NCBI RefSeq assembly: GCF_013122565.1
Contig: NZ_CP053258.1
Source: Escherichia coli
GTDB taxonomy: Bacteria; Pseudomonadota; Gammaproteobacteria; Enterobacterales; Enterobacteriaceae
Length of the DNA stretch: 64,000 bases
Strand: one strand, 5' to 3'
Position 1 is the stretch's first letter. Each line of letters starts with the position of its first letter. Under the pieces are notes generated by a model, which was not told the DNA's origin, searched no databases, and saw only the letters and a program-made list of their open reading frames with translations. Of this stretch, positions 22,576 to 33,228 are shown one piece after another. The position numbers were made by a program, and so were the translations under genes.

Positions 22576-22720
22576 TATATAGATTCAGAGAGAGGCTACA
22601 TCCTTTCATTTCTATTCATTTCATCAATAAAAAATAAAATACTCTACCTTACAGGACTTACTTTATAATTAACGACCTTATCTCACTGATCACCCTGTAA
22701 CGTTCAGAGAGCGTATTTAG

Positions 22721-23941
22721 ATGTCTATTTATAAAATTCCTCTTCCACTCAATATTCTGGAAGCTGCACGAGAGCGTATTACCTGGACACTCAATACCCT
22801 ACCCCGCGTTTGTGTCTCATTTTCTGGCGGCAAAGACTCTGGTTTAATGCTGCATCTGACAGCCGACCTTGCCCGACAAATGGGCAAAAAAATCTGCGTT
22901 TTGTTTATCGACTGGGAAGCGCAGTTCTCATGCACTATCAACTATGTTCAGTCACTACGCGAGTTTTACGCCGATGTCATCGAAGAGTTTTACTGGGTTG
23001 CGCTCCCGCTTACGACGCAAAATTCCCTTTCACAATACCAACCCGAATGGCAGTGCTGGGAACCTGATGTCGAATGGGTGCGTCAGCCCCCGCAAGATGC
23101 GATAACCGATCCTGACTTTTTCTCCTTTTACCAGCCAGGCATGACCTTCGAACAATTTGTACGTGAGTTTGCCGAATGGTTTTCACAAAAACGTCCGGCG
23201 GCGATGATGATCGGCATCCGTGCGGATGAGTCCTACAATCGTTTTGTCGCCATCGCCAGTTTAAATAAACAACGTTTTGCCGACGATAAACCCTGGACTA
23301 CGGCCGCGCCAGGCGGTCATAGCTGGTACATATACCCCATCTACGACTGGAAAGTCGCCGATATCTGGACCTGGTATGCTAAAAACCAAAGCCTCTGTAA
23401 CCCACTGTATAATCTGATGTATCAGGCAGGTGTCCCTCTGCGTCATATGCGAATTTGCGAACCTTTTGGCCCGGAGCAACGGCAAGGATTATGGCTCTAT
23501 CACGTCATCGAACCGGATCGCTGGGCGGCCATGTGCGCACGAGTCAGCGGAGTAAAAAGTGGCGGCATTTACGCCGGACATGACAACCATTTTTATGGTC
23601 ATCGTAAAATCCTCAAGCCGGAACATTTAGACTGGCAGGAGTATGCATTATTGCTACTCAGCAGCATGCCGGTGAAAACAGCTGAACATTACCGTAATAA
23701 AATCGCCATTTATTTGCACTGGTATCAGAAAAAAGGCATCGAGGTTCCACAAACCCAACAAGGGGACATTGGCGCGAAAGATATCCCCTCCTGGCGGCGA
23801 ATATGCAAAGTTTTACTCAACAACGATTACTGGTGCCGGGCATTATCATTTAGCCCCACAAAAGCGAAGAATTATCAGCGTTATAACGAACGGATAAAAG
23901 GAAAACGTCAGGAATGGGGGATACTATGCAACAACGATTAA
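22721..23941 (+). CDS. ybdN: PAPS-reductase-like PP-loop ATP pyrophosphatase domain protein (IbrA-like, 406 aa)
   Basis: Track ORF 406 aa; PP-loop motif SFSGGKDS at residues 33-40 (about nt 22817-22840). Confidence 0.88.
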   Translation: MSIYKIPLPLNILEAARERITWTLNTLPRVCVSFSGGKDSGLMLHLTADLARQMGKKICVLFIDWEAQFSCTINYVQSLREFYADVIEEFYWVALPLTTQNSLSQYQPEWQCWEPDVEWVRQPPQDAITDPDFFSFYQPGMTFEQFVREFAEWFSQKRPAAMMIGIRADESYNRFVAIASLNKQRFADDKPWTTAAPGGHSWYIYPIYDWKVADIWTWYAKNQSLCNPLYNLMYQAGVPLRHMRICEPFGPEQRQGLWLYHVIEPDRWAAMCARVSGVKSGGIYAGHDNHFYGHRKILKPEHLDWQEYALLLLSSMPVKTAEHYRNKIAIYLHWYQKKGIEVPQTQQGDIGAKDIPSWRRICKVLLNNDYWCRALSFSPTKAKNYQRYNERIKGKRQEWGILCNND

Positions 23942-24543
23942 CGCAGGATTTAACGCAATTTCTCGCCAGCTTGCCGGAAGACGATCGCATCAAAGCGATT
24001 AATGAAATCCGCATGGCGATCCATCAGGTAAGTCCTTTTCGGGAAGAGCCGGTGGATTGTGTTTTGTGGGTCAAAAATGATCAGCTTGTGCCAAATGATT
24101 ACAACCCAAACAACGTGGCACCGCCCGAGAAAAAATTGCTGAAAAAATCCATTGAAACTGATGGTTTTACCCAACCCATTGTGGTGACCAACACGACAGC
24201 CAATTCACTTGAAATCGTTGATGGTTTTCACCGCCATGAAATCGGTAAAGGATCATCATCATTAAAACTACGCTTAAAAGGTTATTTACCGGTGACCTGC
24301 CTGGAGGGGACGCGTAATCAGCGCATCGCCGCGACTATTCGTCATAATCGCGCTCGTGGACGCCATCAAATCACCGCCATGTCGGAAATCGTCCGTGAAC
24401 TTAGCCTGTTGGGATGGGACGATAATAAAATTGGCAAAGAGCTGGGAATGGACAGCGACGAAGTGCTGCGCCTGAAGCAAATTAACGGCCTGCAAGAGTT
24501 GTTTGCCGACCGTCAATATTCCCGCGCCTGGACTGTCAAATAA
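23914..24543 (+). CDS. ybdM: ParB/Srx-like nuclease domain protein (IbrB-like, 209 aa)
   Basis: Track ORF 209 aa; DGFHRHE motif at residues 103-109 (about nt 24220-24240); 28-nt overlap with ybdN. Confidence 0.88.
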   Translation: MGDTMQQRLTQDLTQFLASLPEDDRIKAINEIRMAIHQVSPFREEPVDCVLWVKNDQLVPNDYNPNNVAPPEKKLLKKSIETDGFTQPIVVTNTTANSLEIVDGFHRHEIGKGSSSLKLRLKGYLPVTCLEGTRNQRIAATIRHNRARGRHQITAMSEIVRELSLLGWDDNKIGKELGMDSDEVLRLKQINGLQELFADRQYSRAWTVK

Positions 24544-25704
24544 CTACAGCTGGCGCAGGCGTTCAGCTGCTGCCAGCAACGTCGATTCCTTCTTGGCAAA
24601 ACAGAGACGAATCAGTTTATGTGGGAAGGGATCGGCGCAAAACACCGATAGCGGAATCGCCGCTACGCCGTGCTCCTGCGTCAGCCACTGGCAAAACTCA
24701 ACATCATCCAGGGTAGATACGGCGCTGTAATCCACCAGCAAAAAGTATGTGCCTTCGCACGGTAAAATCTCCAGCCGACTTTCATTTAAGGCGTTAACCA
24801 GAATATCGCGCTTCTGGCGATAAAAGTCCGGTAACGCAAGATAATGCTCAGGTTCTGCACGTAGCATATCGGCAAGCGCCAGCTGTGCCGGGGTATTTAC
24901 CGAAAAGGTCAGATACTGATGTACCTTGCGAATTTCGGCACTGATGGGCGCTGGCGCAACGCAATAACCCACTTTCCAGCCGGTCATATGATAGGTCTTG
25001 CCAAACGATGACACCGCCACCGCCCGCTCACGCAACTGCGGATGCGCCAGCACACTGGCATGGCCCTGTTGTGAAAAGTTGATGTGCTCGTAGACTTCAT
25101 CGCTAATGACAAAAATCTCGTGCCCGGCGATCGCCTGCCACAAAGCGGCGAAATCAGCCTGCTGCCAGACAGTTGCACTGGGGTTATGCGGAGTGTTGAG
25201 GATCACCAGTCGGGTGCGCTCGCTTAACAATGCGGCAAATTCCTGCCAGTCAACGCGAAAATGCGGTGGTTGCAGTGCCATACGCTTCACTATTCCCCCA
25301 GAAAGCGCGATGGCGGGGGCGTAACTGTCATAGCTGGGATCAAAACAAATCACTTCATCGCCATTGCGCACCAATGCGGTAATCGCCGCGTATAACGCCT
25401 CCGTCGCCCCTGCCGTTACGGTGATATCGCTGTCGGCATCCGGTTGATAGCCATACAGACGTTCCGTTTTCTGAGCAATCGCCTCGCGCAAGGCCTGCAC
25501 GCCGCTCATGGGCGCGTATTGGTTTGCCCCCTGGGCAACGTGGTACGCCAGTCGCTCTTGTAAATAGCGCGGACCATCAAAATCAGGAAAGCCTTGCGAA
25601 AGGTTAATCGCCTGGTGTTGCTGCGCCAGCGCGCTCATCTGGGTGAAAATAGTGGTGCCAAGTTGTGGAAGTTTGCTTTGTGGAATCAGAGGGTTATTTG
25701 TCAT
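24544..25704 (-). CDS. ybdL: PLP-dependent methionine aminotransferase (386 aa)
   Basis: Track ORF 386 aa, class I/II aminotransferase pattern (SFGKTY lysine region); stop abuts the ybdM stop. Confidence 0.9.
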   Translation of the reverse strand: MTNNPLIPQSKLPQLGTTIFTQMSALAQQHQAINLSQGFPDFDGPRYLQERLAYHVAQGANQYAPMSGVQALREAIAQKTERLYGYQPDADSDITVTAGATEALYAAITALVRNGDEVICFDPSYDSYAPAIALSGGIVKRMALQPPHFRVDWQEFAALLSERTRLVILNTPHNPSATVWQQADFAALWQAIAGHEIFVISDEVYEHINFSQQGHASVLAHPQLRERAVAVSSFGKTYHMTGWKVGYCVAPAPISAEIRKVHQYLTFSVNTPAQLALADMLRAEPEHYLALPDFYRQKRDILVNALNESRLEILPCEGTYFLLVDYSAVSTLDDVEFCQWLTQEHGVAAIPLSVFCADPFPHKLIRLCFAKKESTLLAAAERLRQL

Positions 25705-25812
25705 TTTTATTGTACCTGACGAAGTTGCGTGTTGAAGGCACTATAACACGATGCTAGTATTTGGCAATCAAGACGTTTAGATGTCTAAATAAAACAATAA
25801 GGACAACACAAC

Positions 25813-26901
25813 ATGCCTCACAATCCTATCCGCGTGGTCGTCGGCCCGGCTAACTACTTTTCACATCCAGGAAGTTTCAATCACCTGCACGATTTTTTCA
25901 CTGATGAACAGCTTTCTCGCGCGGTGTGGATCTACGGCGAACGCGCCATTGCTGCGGCGCAAACCAAACTTCCGCCAGCGTTTGAACTGCCAGGGGCAAA
26001 GCATATTTTGTTTCGCGGTCATTGCAGCGAAAGCGATGTACAACAACTGGCGGCTGAGTCCGGTGACGATCGCAGCGTGGTGATTGGCATCGGCGGCGGC
26101 GCACTGCTCGACACCGCGAAAGCCCTCGCCCGCCGTCTCGGTCTGCCGTTTGTTGCCGTTCCGACGATCGCCGCCACCTGCGCCGCCTGGACACCGCTCT
26201 CCGTCTGGTATAACGATGCCGGACAGGCGCTGCATTATGAGATTTTCGACGACGCCAATTTTATGGTGCTGGTGGAGCCAGAGATTATCCTCAATGCGCC
26301 GCAACGATATCTGCTGGCGGGGATCGGTGACACGCTGGCGAAATGGTATGAAGCGGTGGTGCTGGCCCCGCAACCAGAAACGTTGCCGCTAACCGTGCGG
26401 CTAGGGATCAATAATGCGCTGGCTATTCGCGACGTCTTGTTAAACAGTAGCGAACAGGCGCTTGCCGATCAGCAAAATCACCAGTTAACGCAATCATTTT
26501 GCGATGTGGTGGATGCCATTATTGCTGGTGGTGGGATGGTTGGTGGTCTGGGCGATCGTTTTACGCGTGTGGCGGCAGCTCATGCCGTGCATAACGGTCT
26601 GACCGTGCTGCCGCAAACCGAGAAGTTTCTCCACGGCACCAAAGTCGCCTACGGAATTCTGGTGCAAAGCGCCTTGCTGGGTCAGGATGATGTGCTGGCG
26701 CAATTAACTGGAGCGTATCAGCGTTTTCATCTGCCGACTACGCTGGCGGAGCTGGAAGTGGATATCAATAATCAGGCGGAGATCGACAAAGTGATTGCCC
26801 ACACCTTGCGCCCGGTGGAATCCATTCATTACCTGCCGGTCACGCTGACACCGGATACGTTGCGTGCAGCGTTCGAAAAAGTGGAATCGTTTAAAGCCTG
26901 A
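25813..26901 (+). CDS. ybdH: iron-containing alcohol dehydrogenase family hydroxycarboxylate dehydrogenase (362 aa)
   Basis: Track ORF 362 aa, glycerol-dehydrogenase-like fold (GGGALLDTAKA motif). Confidence 0.9.
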   Translation: MPHNPIRVVVGPANYFSHPGSFNHLHDFFTDEQLSRAVWIYGERAIAAAQTKLPPAFELPGAKHILFRGHCSESDVQQLAAESGDDRSVVIGIGGGALLDTAKALARRLGLPFVAVPTIAATCAAWTPLSVWYNDAGQALHYEIFDDANFMVLVEPEIILNAPQRYLLAGIGDTLAKWYEAVVLAPQPETLPLTVRLGINNALAIRDVLLNSSEQALADQQNHQLTQSFCDVVDAIIAGGGMVGGLGDRFTRVAAAHAVHNGLTVLPQTEKFLHGTKVAYGILVQSALLGQDDVLAQLTGAYQRFHLPTTLAELEVDINNQAEIDKVIAHTLRPVESIHYLPVTLTPDTLRAAFEKVESFKA

Positions 26902-26910
26902 CGTACACAT

Positions 26911-27108
26911 TTAGCAGCAGCGCGCGCCGCCTTTTCCACCGTAGCGCGCGTCCTGCCGCTCACGGAAAAACTCCTCGTAGGTCATCGGCGTCTGATCGGG
27001 ATGGTTAACCCGCATATGTTCGACATAGTTGTCGTAATCAGGCATACCAATCATCAGTTTCGCCGCCTGACCTAAATATTTTCCGGCTTTTGCCAGTGAA
27101 TCAAACAT
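26911..27108 (-). CDS. ybdD: small DUF466 protein encoded downstream of cstA (65 aa)
   Basis: Track ORF 65 aa ([48 protein letters not shown]...). Confidence 0.85.
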   Translation of the reverse strand: MFDSLAKAGKYLGQAAKLMIGMPDYDNYVEHMRVNHPDQTPMTYEEFFRERQDARYGGKGGARCC

Positions 27109-27141
27109 TAATACCTCCGGTAATCAGGTTGCCAGGAGAGT

Positions 27142-27176
27142 GCCGGATGCGGCGTGAACGCCTTATCCGGCCTACA
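27142..27176. repeat. REP (repetitive extragenic palindrome) between ybdD and cstA
   Basis: gccggatgcggcgtgaacgccttatccggcctaca, canonical REP-like sequence; the same 35-mer recurs at 49068-49102. Confidence 0.6.
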
Positions 27177-27184
27177 AATGCTAT

Positions 27185-27295
27185 CAACGTGCTCGGTCAG
27201 TCCCCTCGCCCCACCGGGGAGAGGGTTAGGGTGAGGGGAAACCCTCGGCGCCATGCCAACATTCGCCAACATTCCCCCTCACTCTGACTTTAGTG
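27185..27295. repeat. GC-rich imperfect palindromic element (GGGAGAGGG / CCCTCACCC cores) downstream of cstA
   Basis: cccctcgccccaccggggagagggttagggtgaggggaaaccctc...; shares about 20-nt cores with the element in the fepB leader (coordinates approximate to about 15 bp). Confidence 0.4.
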
Positions 27296-29395
27296 CGCGC
27301 CTTTTGCCTGCGCCACGATCTCCTCGACATTTTCCGGCATCGGCTCATACGGCGTTTCTTTCGCCGTTGGCTTCGGATCTTTCAATGCCGCAAGTGCCGT
27401 CTTAATCGAGAACAGTGCCAGAACCACCACGACCACCATAAAGAAGATGGTTAACCCGGCATCCAGACGGTTGTTGAACACCAGTTGCGCCAGCTGTGAC
27501 TCAGTATACTGCGACGGAATATTGCCGCTGTCGATCATTGCCTGGAACTTGTTAGCAATCGCCAGGAAGCCGACTTTCGCATCCGGGCTAAACGCTTTCT
27601 GCCAGCCTGCGGTCAGGGTACAAATCAGCAGCCAGGCCGTTGGTACCAGCGCCACCCAGGCGTAACGTTGACGTTTCATTTTGAACAGCACTACGGCACA
27701 GAGCATCAGCGCCATCCCTGCCAGCATCTGGTTGGCAATACCAAACAGCGGCCACAGAGTGTTAATACCGCCCAGCGGATCGACCACGCCCTGATGGAGG
27801 AAGTAGCCCCACGCCAGTACGCACAGCGCCGTTGCCAGCAGGTTAGCAGGCAGTGAATCGGTCCGTTTCAGACCCGGAGACACCACGCCCAGCAGATCCT
27901 GCAACATAAAGCGCGCAGCACGCGTACCTGCATCCACCGCCGTCAGAATAAACAGTGCTTCAAACAAAATGGCGAAGTGATACCAGAACGCCACATCCAT
28001 CATGCCGCCCAGCGCGCCGTGCAGAATGTAGGCCATCCCCACCGCCAGCGTCGGCGCACCGCCCGCACGGGAAATGATCGACTGTTCACCCACTTCGCTG
28101 GCAATCTGGTTTAGCGTATCCGGGGTAATCGCAAAGCCCCAGCTACTCACCACCTGCGCGGCAGAAGCGACCACATCCGCCGTCCCTGCCGGAGCCAGCA
28201 CCGCCATCGGGCTGTTCATGGCGAAGTACACACCCGGATCGATGATACAGGCGGAAACCAGCGCCATAATCGCTACGAAGGATTCCATCAACATCCCGCC
28301 GTAGCCGATAAAGCACGCCTGCCCTTCGTTCGCCAGCATCTTCGGCGTGGTGCCGGAAGAGATCAGCGCATGGAAGCCAGACACCGCGCCACAGGCGATG
28401 GTGATAAACAGGAACGGGAACAGGTTACCGGTCCATACCGGGCCAGTGCCATCGACAAATTTGGTCAGCGCAGGCATGGTCAGCGTCGGGCGCATAATCA
28501 AAATGCCTACCGCCAGACCGACGATAGTCCCGATTTTCAGGAAGGTAGAAAGGTAGTCACGCGGAGCCAGCAGCAACCACACCGGCAGCACCGCCGCCAC
28601 AAAACCGTAACCCACCAGCATCCAGGTCAGCTGCACGCCGGTAAAGTCAAAGTACGGTGCCCAGGTCGGGCTTTCTGCCACCCAGCCGCCAGAGATAATG
28701 GCGAAAATCAGGAATACCAGACCGATGACCGACACTTCACCAATACGCCCCGGACGCAGATAGCGCAGGTAGATCCCCATAAACAGCGCCAGCGGAATGG
28801 TGAACGCAACGGTATACGTTCCCCACGGGCTATGAGTCAGGGCTTTCACCACGATCATCGCCAGTACTGCAAGGATAATGACCATGATCATAAAGCAGGC
28901 CACCAGCGCTATCACCCCGGCGGTTGGCCCCATCTCTTCTTTGACCAGCTCACCCAGCGATCGACCGTCACGGCGCGTAGAAACAAACAGCACCATGAAA
29001 TCCTGCACCGCACCGGCGAGAACCACCCCGGCGAGCAGCCAGATCATCCCTGGCAGGTAACCCATTTGCGCCGCCAGTACCGGCCCAACCAACGGACCTG
29101 CTCCGGCAATGGCCGCAAAATGGTGACCGAACAGCACTTTCTTGTCCGTCGGCACATAGTCCAGCCCGTCGTTATGCCGCACCGCTGGCGTCATACGCGT
29201 CGGGTCAACCGCCAGCACATTTTTGGCGATATACAGACCATAAAAACGGTAAGCGATCAGATAGATACAGACCGACGCCACCACAATCCACAGTGCGTTG
29301 ATCTGTTCCCCACGATTTAAAGCAATGTATCCCAGAGCAAATGCTCCCATTACAGAGAGCACTGTCCAGACGAGGTATTTCCCTGATTTGTTCAT
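27290..29395 (-). CDS. cstA: carbon starvation protein A, CstA-family peptide/pyruvate transporter (701 aa)
   Basis: Track ORF 701 aa, large polytopic membrane protein. Confidence 0.93.
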   Translation of the reverse strand: MNKSGKYLVWTVLSVMGAFALGYIALNRGEQINALWIVVASVCIYLIAYRFYGLYIAKNVLAVDPTRMTPAVRHNDGLDYVPTDKKVLFGHHFAAIAGAGPLVGPVLAAQMGYLPGMIWLLAGVVLAGAVQDFMVLFVSTRRDGRSLGELVKEEMGPTAGVIALVACFMIMVIILAVLAMIVVKALTHSPWGTYTVAFTIPLALFMGIYLRYLRPGRIGEVSVIGLVFLIFAIISGGWVAESPTWAPYFDFTGVQLTWMLVGYGFVAAVLPVWLLLAPRDYLSTFLKIGTIVGLAVGILIMRPTLTMPALTKFVDGTGPVWTGNLFPFLFITIACGAVSGFHALISSGTTPKMLANEGQACFIGYGGMLMESFVAIMALVSACIIDPGVYFAMNSPMAVLAPAGTADVVASAAQVVSSWGFAITPDTLNQIASEVGEQSIISRAGGAPTLAVGMAYILHGALGGMMDVAFWYHFAILFEALFILTAVDAGTRAARFMLQDLLGVVSPGLKRTDSLPANLLATALCVLAWGYFLHQGVVDPLGGINTLWPLFGIANQMLAGMALMLCAVVLFKMKRQRYAWVALVPTAWLLICTLTAGWQKAFSPDAKVGFLAIANKFQAMIDSGNIPSQYTESQLAQLVFNNRLDAGLTIFFMVVVVVLALFSIKTALAALKDPKPTAKETPYEPMPENVEEIVAQAKGAH

Positions 29396-29575
29396 AGTTG
29401 TTATCCGTGTGCGTGTCCATAGAGATGTTACATTTTGTTTCTATAACATCTTTGTACGATTTAACAACACGGCAACCATGTAAATCGGAGTTGAAACCAA
29501 TATTTAACTTAACAATGTTAACTCGATCACTCCGTTAACCGAGTTTTCCTGCAATCTCATTTAATTCTGTCGGGC

Positions 29576-30737
<1,162 letters not shown>

Positions 30738-30738
<1 letters not shown>

Positions 30739-31595
30739 TATTTCACCTCGCGGGAGAGTAGCTTCCACCAGGCGTCGATGGTCGGGTTTTTCGCCAGCAT
30801 GACAAAGTCGATATCGCCATGCACTTTGCGCCAGCGCGCCGCCAGCGCCATCATGCGCACCGAATCCAGACCGTAGTCGATCAGGTTGTCGTCATCGAAC
30901 GGTTCATCGGACTCGTCCAGCAACGGCAGGATAACCTCACGCAGCGCCGCTTTGCTGGCGGGGACAGGTGCTGGCAGTAATTCTTCAGTCATCACCACCC
31001 GGCCAGACCGTCCGGCCACATATTTCAGCGACATCAAATGCTCGTCACGGCTGAAATCGGCCAGCGCATCCGCCACCATAAACGGTTTAATATCGCGCAT
31101 AAATGCGTCGGTTGCGGTAGTCATACAGCCAATGTGGGCATATACCCCGGTAATAATCAGCTGGTTACGTCCACTCTCTTTGAGCATTTGCTCCAGCGGA
31201 GAACGATGAAACGCGCTGTAGCGCCACTTCACCAGCACCGTGTCGTCGGCATCTGGCGTCAGGCGATCCACCACCTTTTGCTGTTCCGGCGAACGGGTCA
31301 GGCCCGGCCCCCACATATCATTCAACAGCGCCCGATCTTCATCGCTCTGCTCTTTCGGCTGGGCGGTGTAATAAACCGGAATATTGTGCTGTTTGCAGTA
31401 GTCGCGCAGCGCAGCAATATTCGCGATCACCTGCTCCATCATCGGGCAGTTCTCGCCCCAGAAGCTGACAAAATAGTCCTGCATATCATGGATTAACAAC
31501 GCGGCACGTTGCGGTTCAAAGGCCCAGTCGACTTTATTCTTAGGGATATCGTGAGACTCCGGCAGTGCGTAAGCCTGTAATTTTGGAATAGCCAT
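30738..31595 (-). CDS. entB: isochorismatase / aryl carrier protein EntB (285 aa)
   Basis: Track ORF 285 aa with isochorismatase domain and C-terminal carrier domain (GLDSVRMMAL). Confidence 0.94.
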
Positions 31596-31608
31596 CGTGT
31601 TCTCTCCT

Positions 31609-33219
31609 TCAGGCTGATGCGCGTGACGCCAGCCACTGACGTAATTGTTTTTTATCGACTTTCCCGACCGCCGTCAGCGGAAGTGAATCCACACACTCCA
31701 CGCGATCCGGTAATTTAAATTCGGCAATACCCTGTTCACGCAGGAAACGACGCACCTGCACCGCGCGCAGCGGCTCTTTTACCACCAGATAAGCACAGCT
31801 TTTTTCGCCCATCAGCTCATCTTCCATACTGACCAGTGCGGCGTAGATCACCGCCGGATGGCGCAGCAGCAGGTTTTCGATCTCTTCGGCAGCGATCTTC
31901 TCACCGCCACGGTTGATCTGATCTTTCTCGCGCCCCTGCACGGTGATGTACCCCTCTGGATCAATAGAGATCAGATCGCCGGAACAGTAAAAACCGTTGG
32001 CATCAAAGGCGCTGGCATTGTGCTGCGGGCTTTTGTAATAGCCACGGAAGGTGTACGGACCGCGGGTCATCAGGCGTCCAACTTCCCCTTGCGGCAGTGG
32101 TTTTCCTTCGGCATCGGCAACCCACACTTCATCGTCCGGACACATTGGGTAACCCTGGGTATGGATAATTTTCTCCGCGCTATCATCAAGTCGGGTGTAG
32201 TTCACCAGCCCTTCCGCCATGCCAAACACCTGCTGCAACTGGCAGCCAATCTCAGCGGGAATACGCGCCGCAAGGGTGGCAGAAAGACGTGCGCCGCCGA
32301 CCTGTAACAGTTTCAGCGAGGCAAGCTGCGCCCGGCTTTCGCCTTCAGCCAGCGCCTGCAACCACAGGCTGACTGCCGGCGGCACCAGCGCGGTAACGTT
32401 AACCTGATGTTTTGCAATCAACGGGAAGCAAAGCGTGGCGCTGGGATCGGCCGCCAGAACAACCGTTCCTCCGGCAAGAAAGACGCCCAGCGATCCCGGC
32501 GAACTCATGGCGTAGTTATGAGCCGCCGGGATCGCGCACAGGTAGCGTGTCTGTTGTGTGAACTGACAAATCTCGACGCTACGACGCACGCTGTAGTAGT
32601 AGTCGTTATGAGTGCGCGGGATCAGCTTCGGTGTACCGGTGGTGCCGCCGGAAAGCTGGAAATAGGCCACTTCATCAGCAGGTGACGGCATAGCAGTAAA
32701 ACCGTCTGCCGGATGGTTAATCGCATCCTGCAAGTTATGCTCACCGCAGTCGTTGTGCAGTTGCACCACGCGAATGGAGGAGTGCTCTGCAACAAATGTG
32801 TTGAGGAAATCATCCCCGCTAAATAGCGCATGTTGGCGATCGGCAATCAGTAACGCCGGTTCAATCTGGCTGGCATAGGCGTTCAGTTCACTACGCTGAT
32901 GGCTGAACAGCGCCAGCACCGGCGCAACGCCCAGTTTCAGCAGTGCGAAAAAGGTAATATACAATTCAGCGACGTTACCCAGTTGTACCAGCGCGGTTTC
33001 ACCAGGTTTAATGCCCTGACGGCGCAAACTACAGGCGAGGTTATCCGCCGCCTGATTCAGCTCCCGGTAACTCAACTGCCGCTCGCCGTCGATAACCGCG
33101 ATGCTGTCACTCGCAGCATGTCGTGTCAGAATGTCAGTCAATGGCAAATCCTGCCAGTAGCCTTTTTCCCGATAGCGACGGGCAAACTCTTCCGGCCAGC
33201 GGGTAAATGGAATGCTCAT
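31609..33219 (-). CDS. entE: 2,3-dihydroxybenzoate-AMP ligase (536 aa)
   Basis: Track ORF 536 aa with adenylation-domain motifs ([14 protein letters not shown]-like). Confidence 0.94.
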   Translation of the reverse strand: MSIPFTRWPEEFARRYREKGYWQDLPLTDILTRHAASDSIAVIDGERQLSYRELNQAADNLACSLRRQGIKPGETALVQLGNVAELYITFFALLKLGVAPVLALFSHQRSELNAYASQIEPALLIADRQHALFSGDDFLNTFVAEHSSIRVVQLHNDCGEHNLQDAINHPADGFTAMPSPADEVAYFQLSGGTTGTPKLIPRTHNDYYYSVRRSVEICQFTQQTRYLCAIPAAHNYAMSSPGSLGVFLAGGTVVLAADPSATLCFPLIAKHQVNVTALVPPAVSLWLQALAEGESRAQLASLKLLQVGGARLSATLAARIPAEIGCQLQQVFGMAEGLVNYTRLDDSAEKIIHTQGYPMCPDDEVWVADAEGKPLPQGEVGRLMTRGPYTFRGYYKSPQHNASAFDANGFYCSGDLISIDPEGYITVQGREKDQINRGGEKIAAEEIENLLLRHPAVIYAALVSMEDELMGEKSCAYLVVKEPLRAVQVRRFLREQGIAEFKLPDRVECVDSLPLTAVGKVDKKQLRQWLASRASA

Positions 33220-33228
33220 CCTCGCTCC

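Noticed and set aside
28370-29320. 316-aa plus-strand ORF antisense to cstA
   Set aside because: Entirely inside the cstA coding region on the opposite strand; highly basic, low-complexity translation (runs of R, H, Q); no RBS context.
29500-29540. CRP site in the cstA promoter region
   Set aside because: A partial match (aGTGAtcgagtTAACA on the cstA strand) was seen, but with several mismatches to TGTGA-N6-TCACA and uncertain spacing from the promoter; left as unconfirmed.
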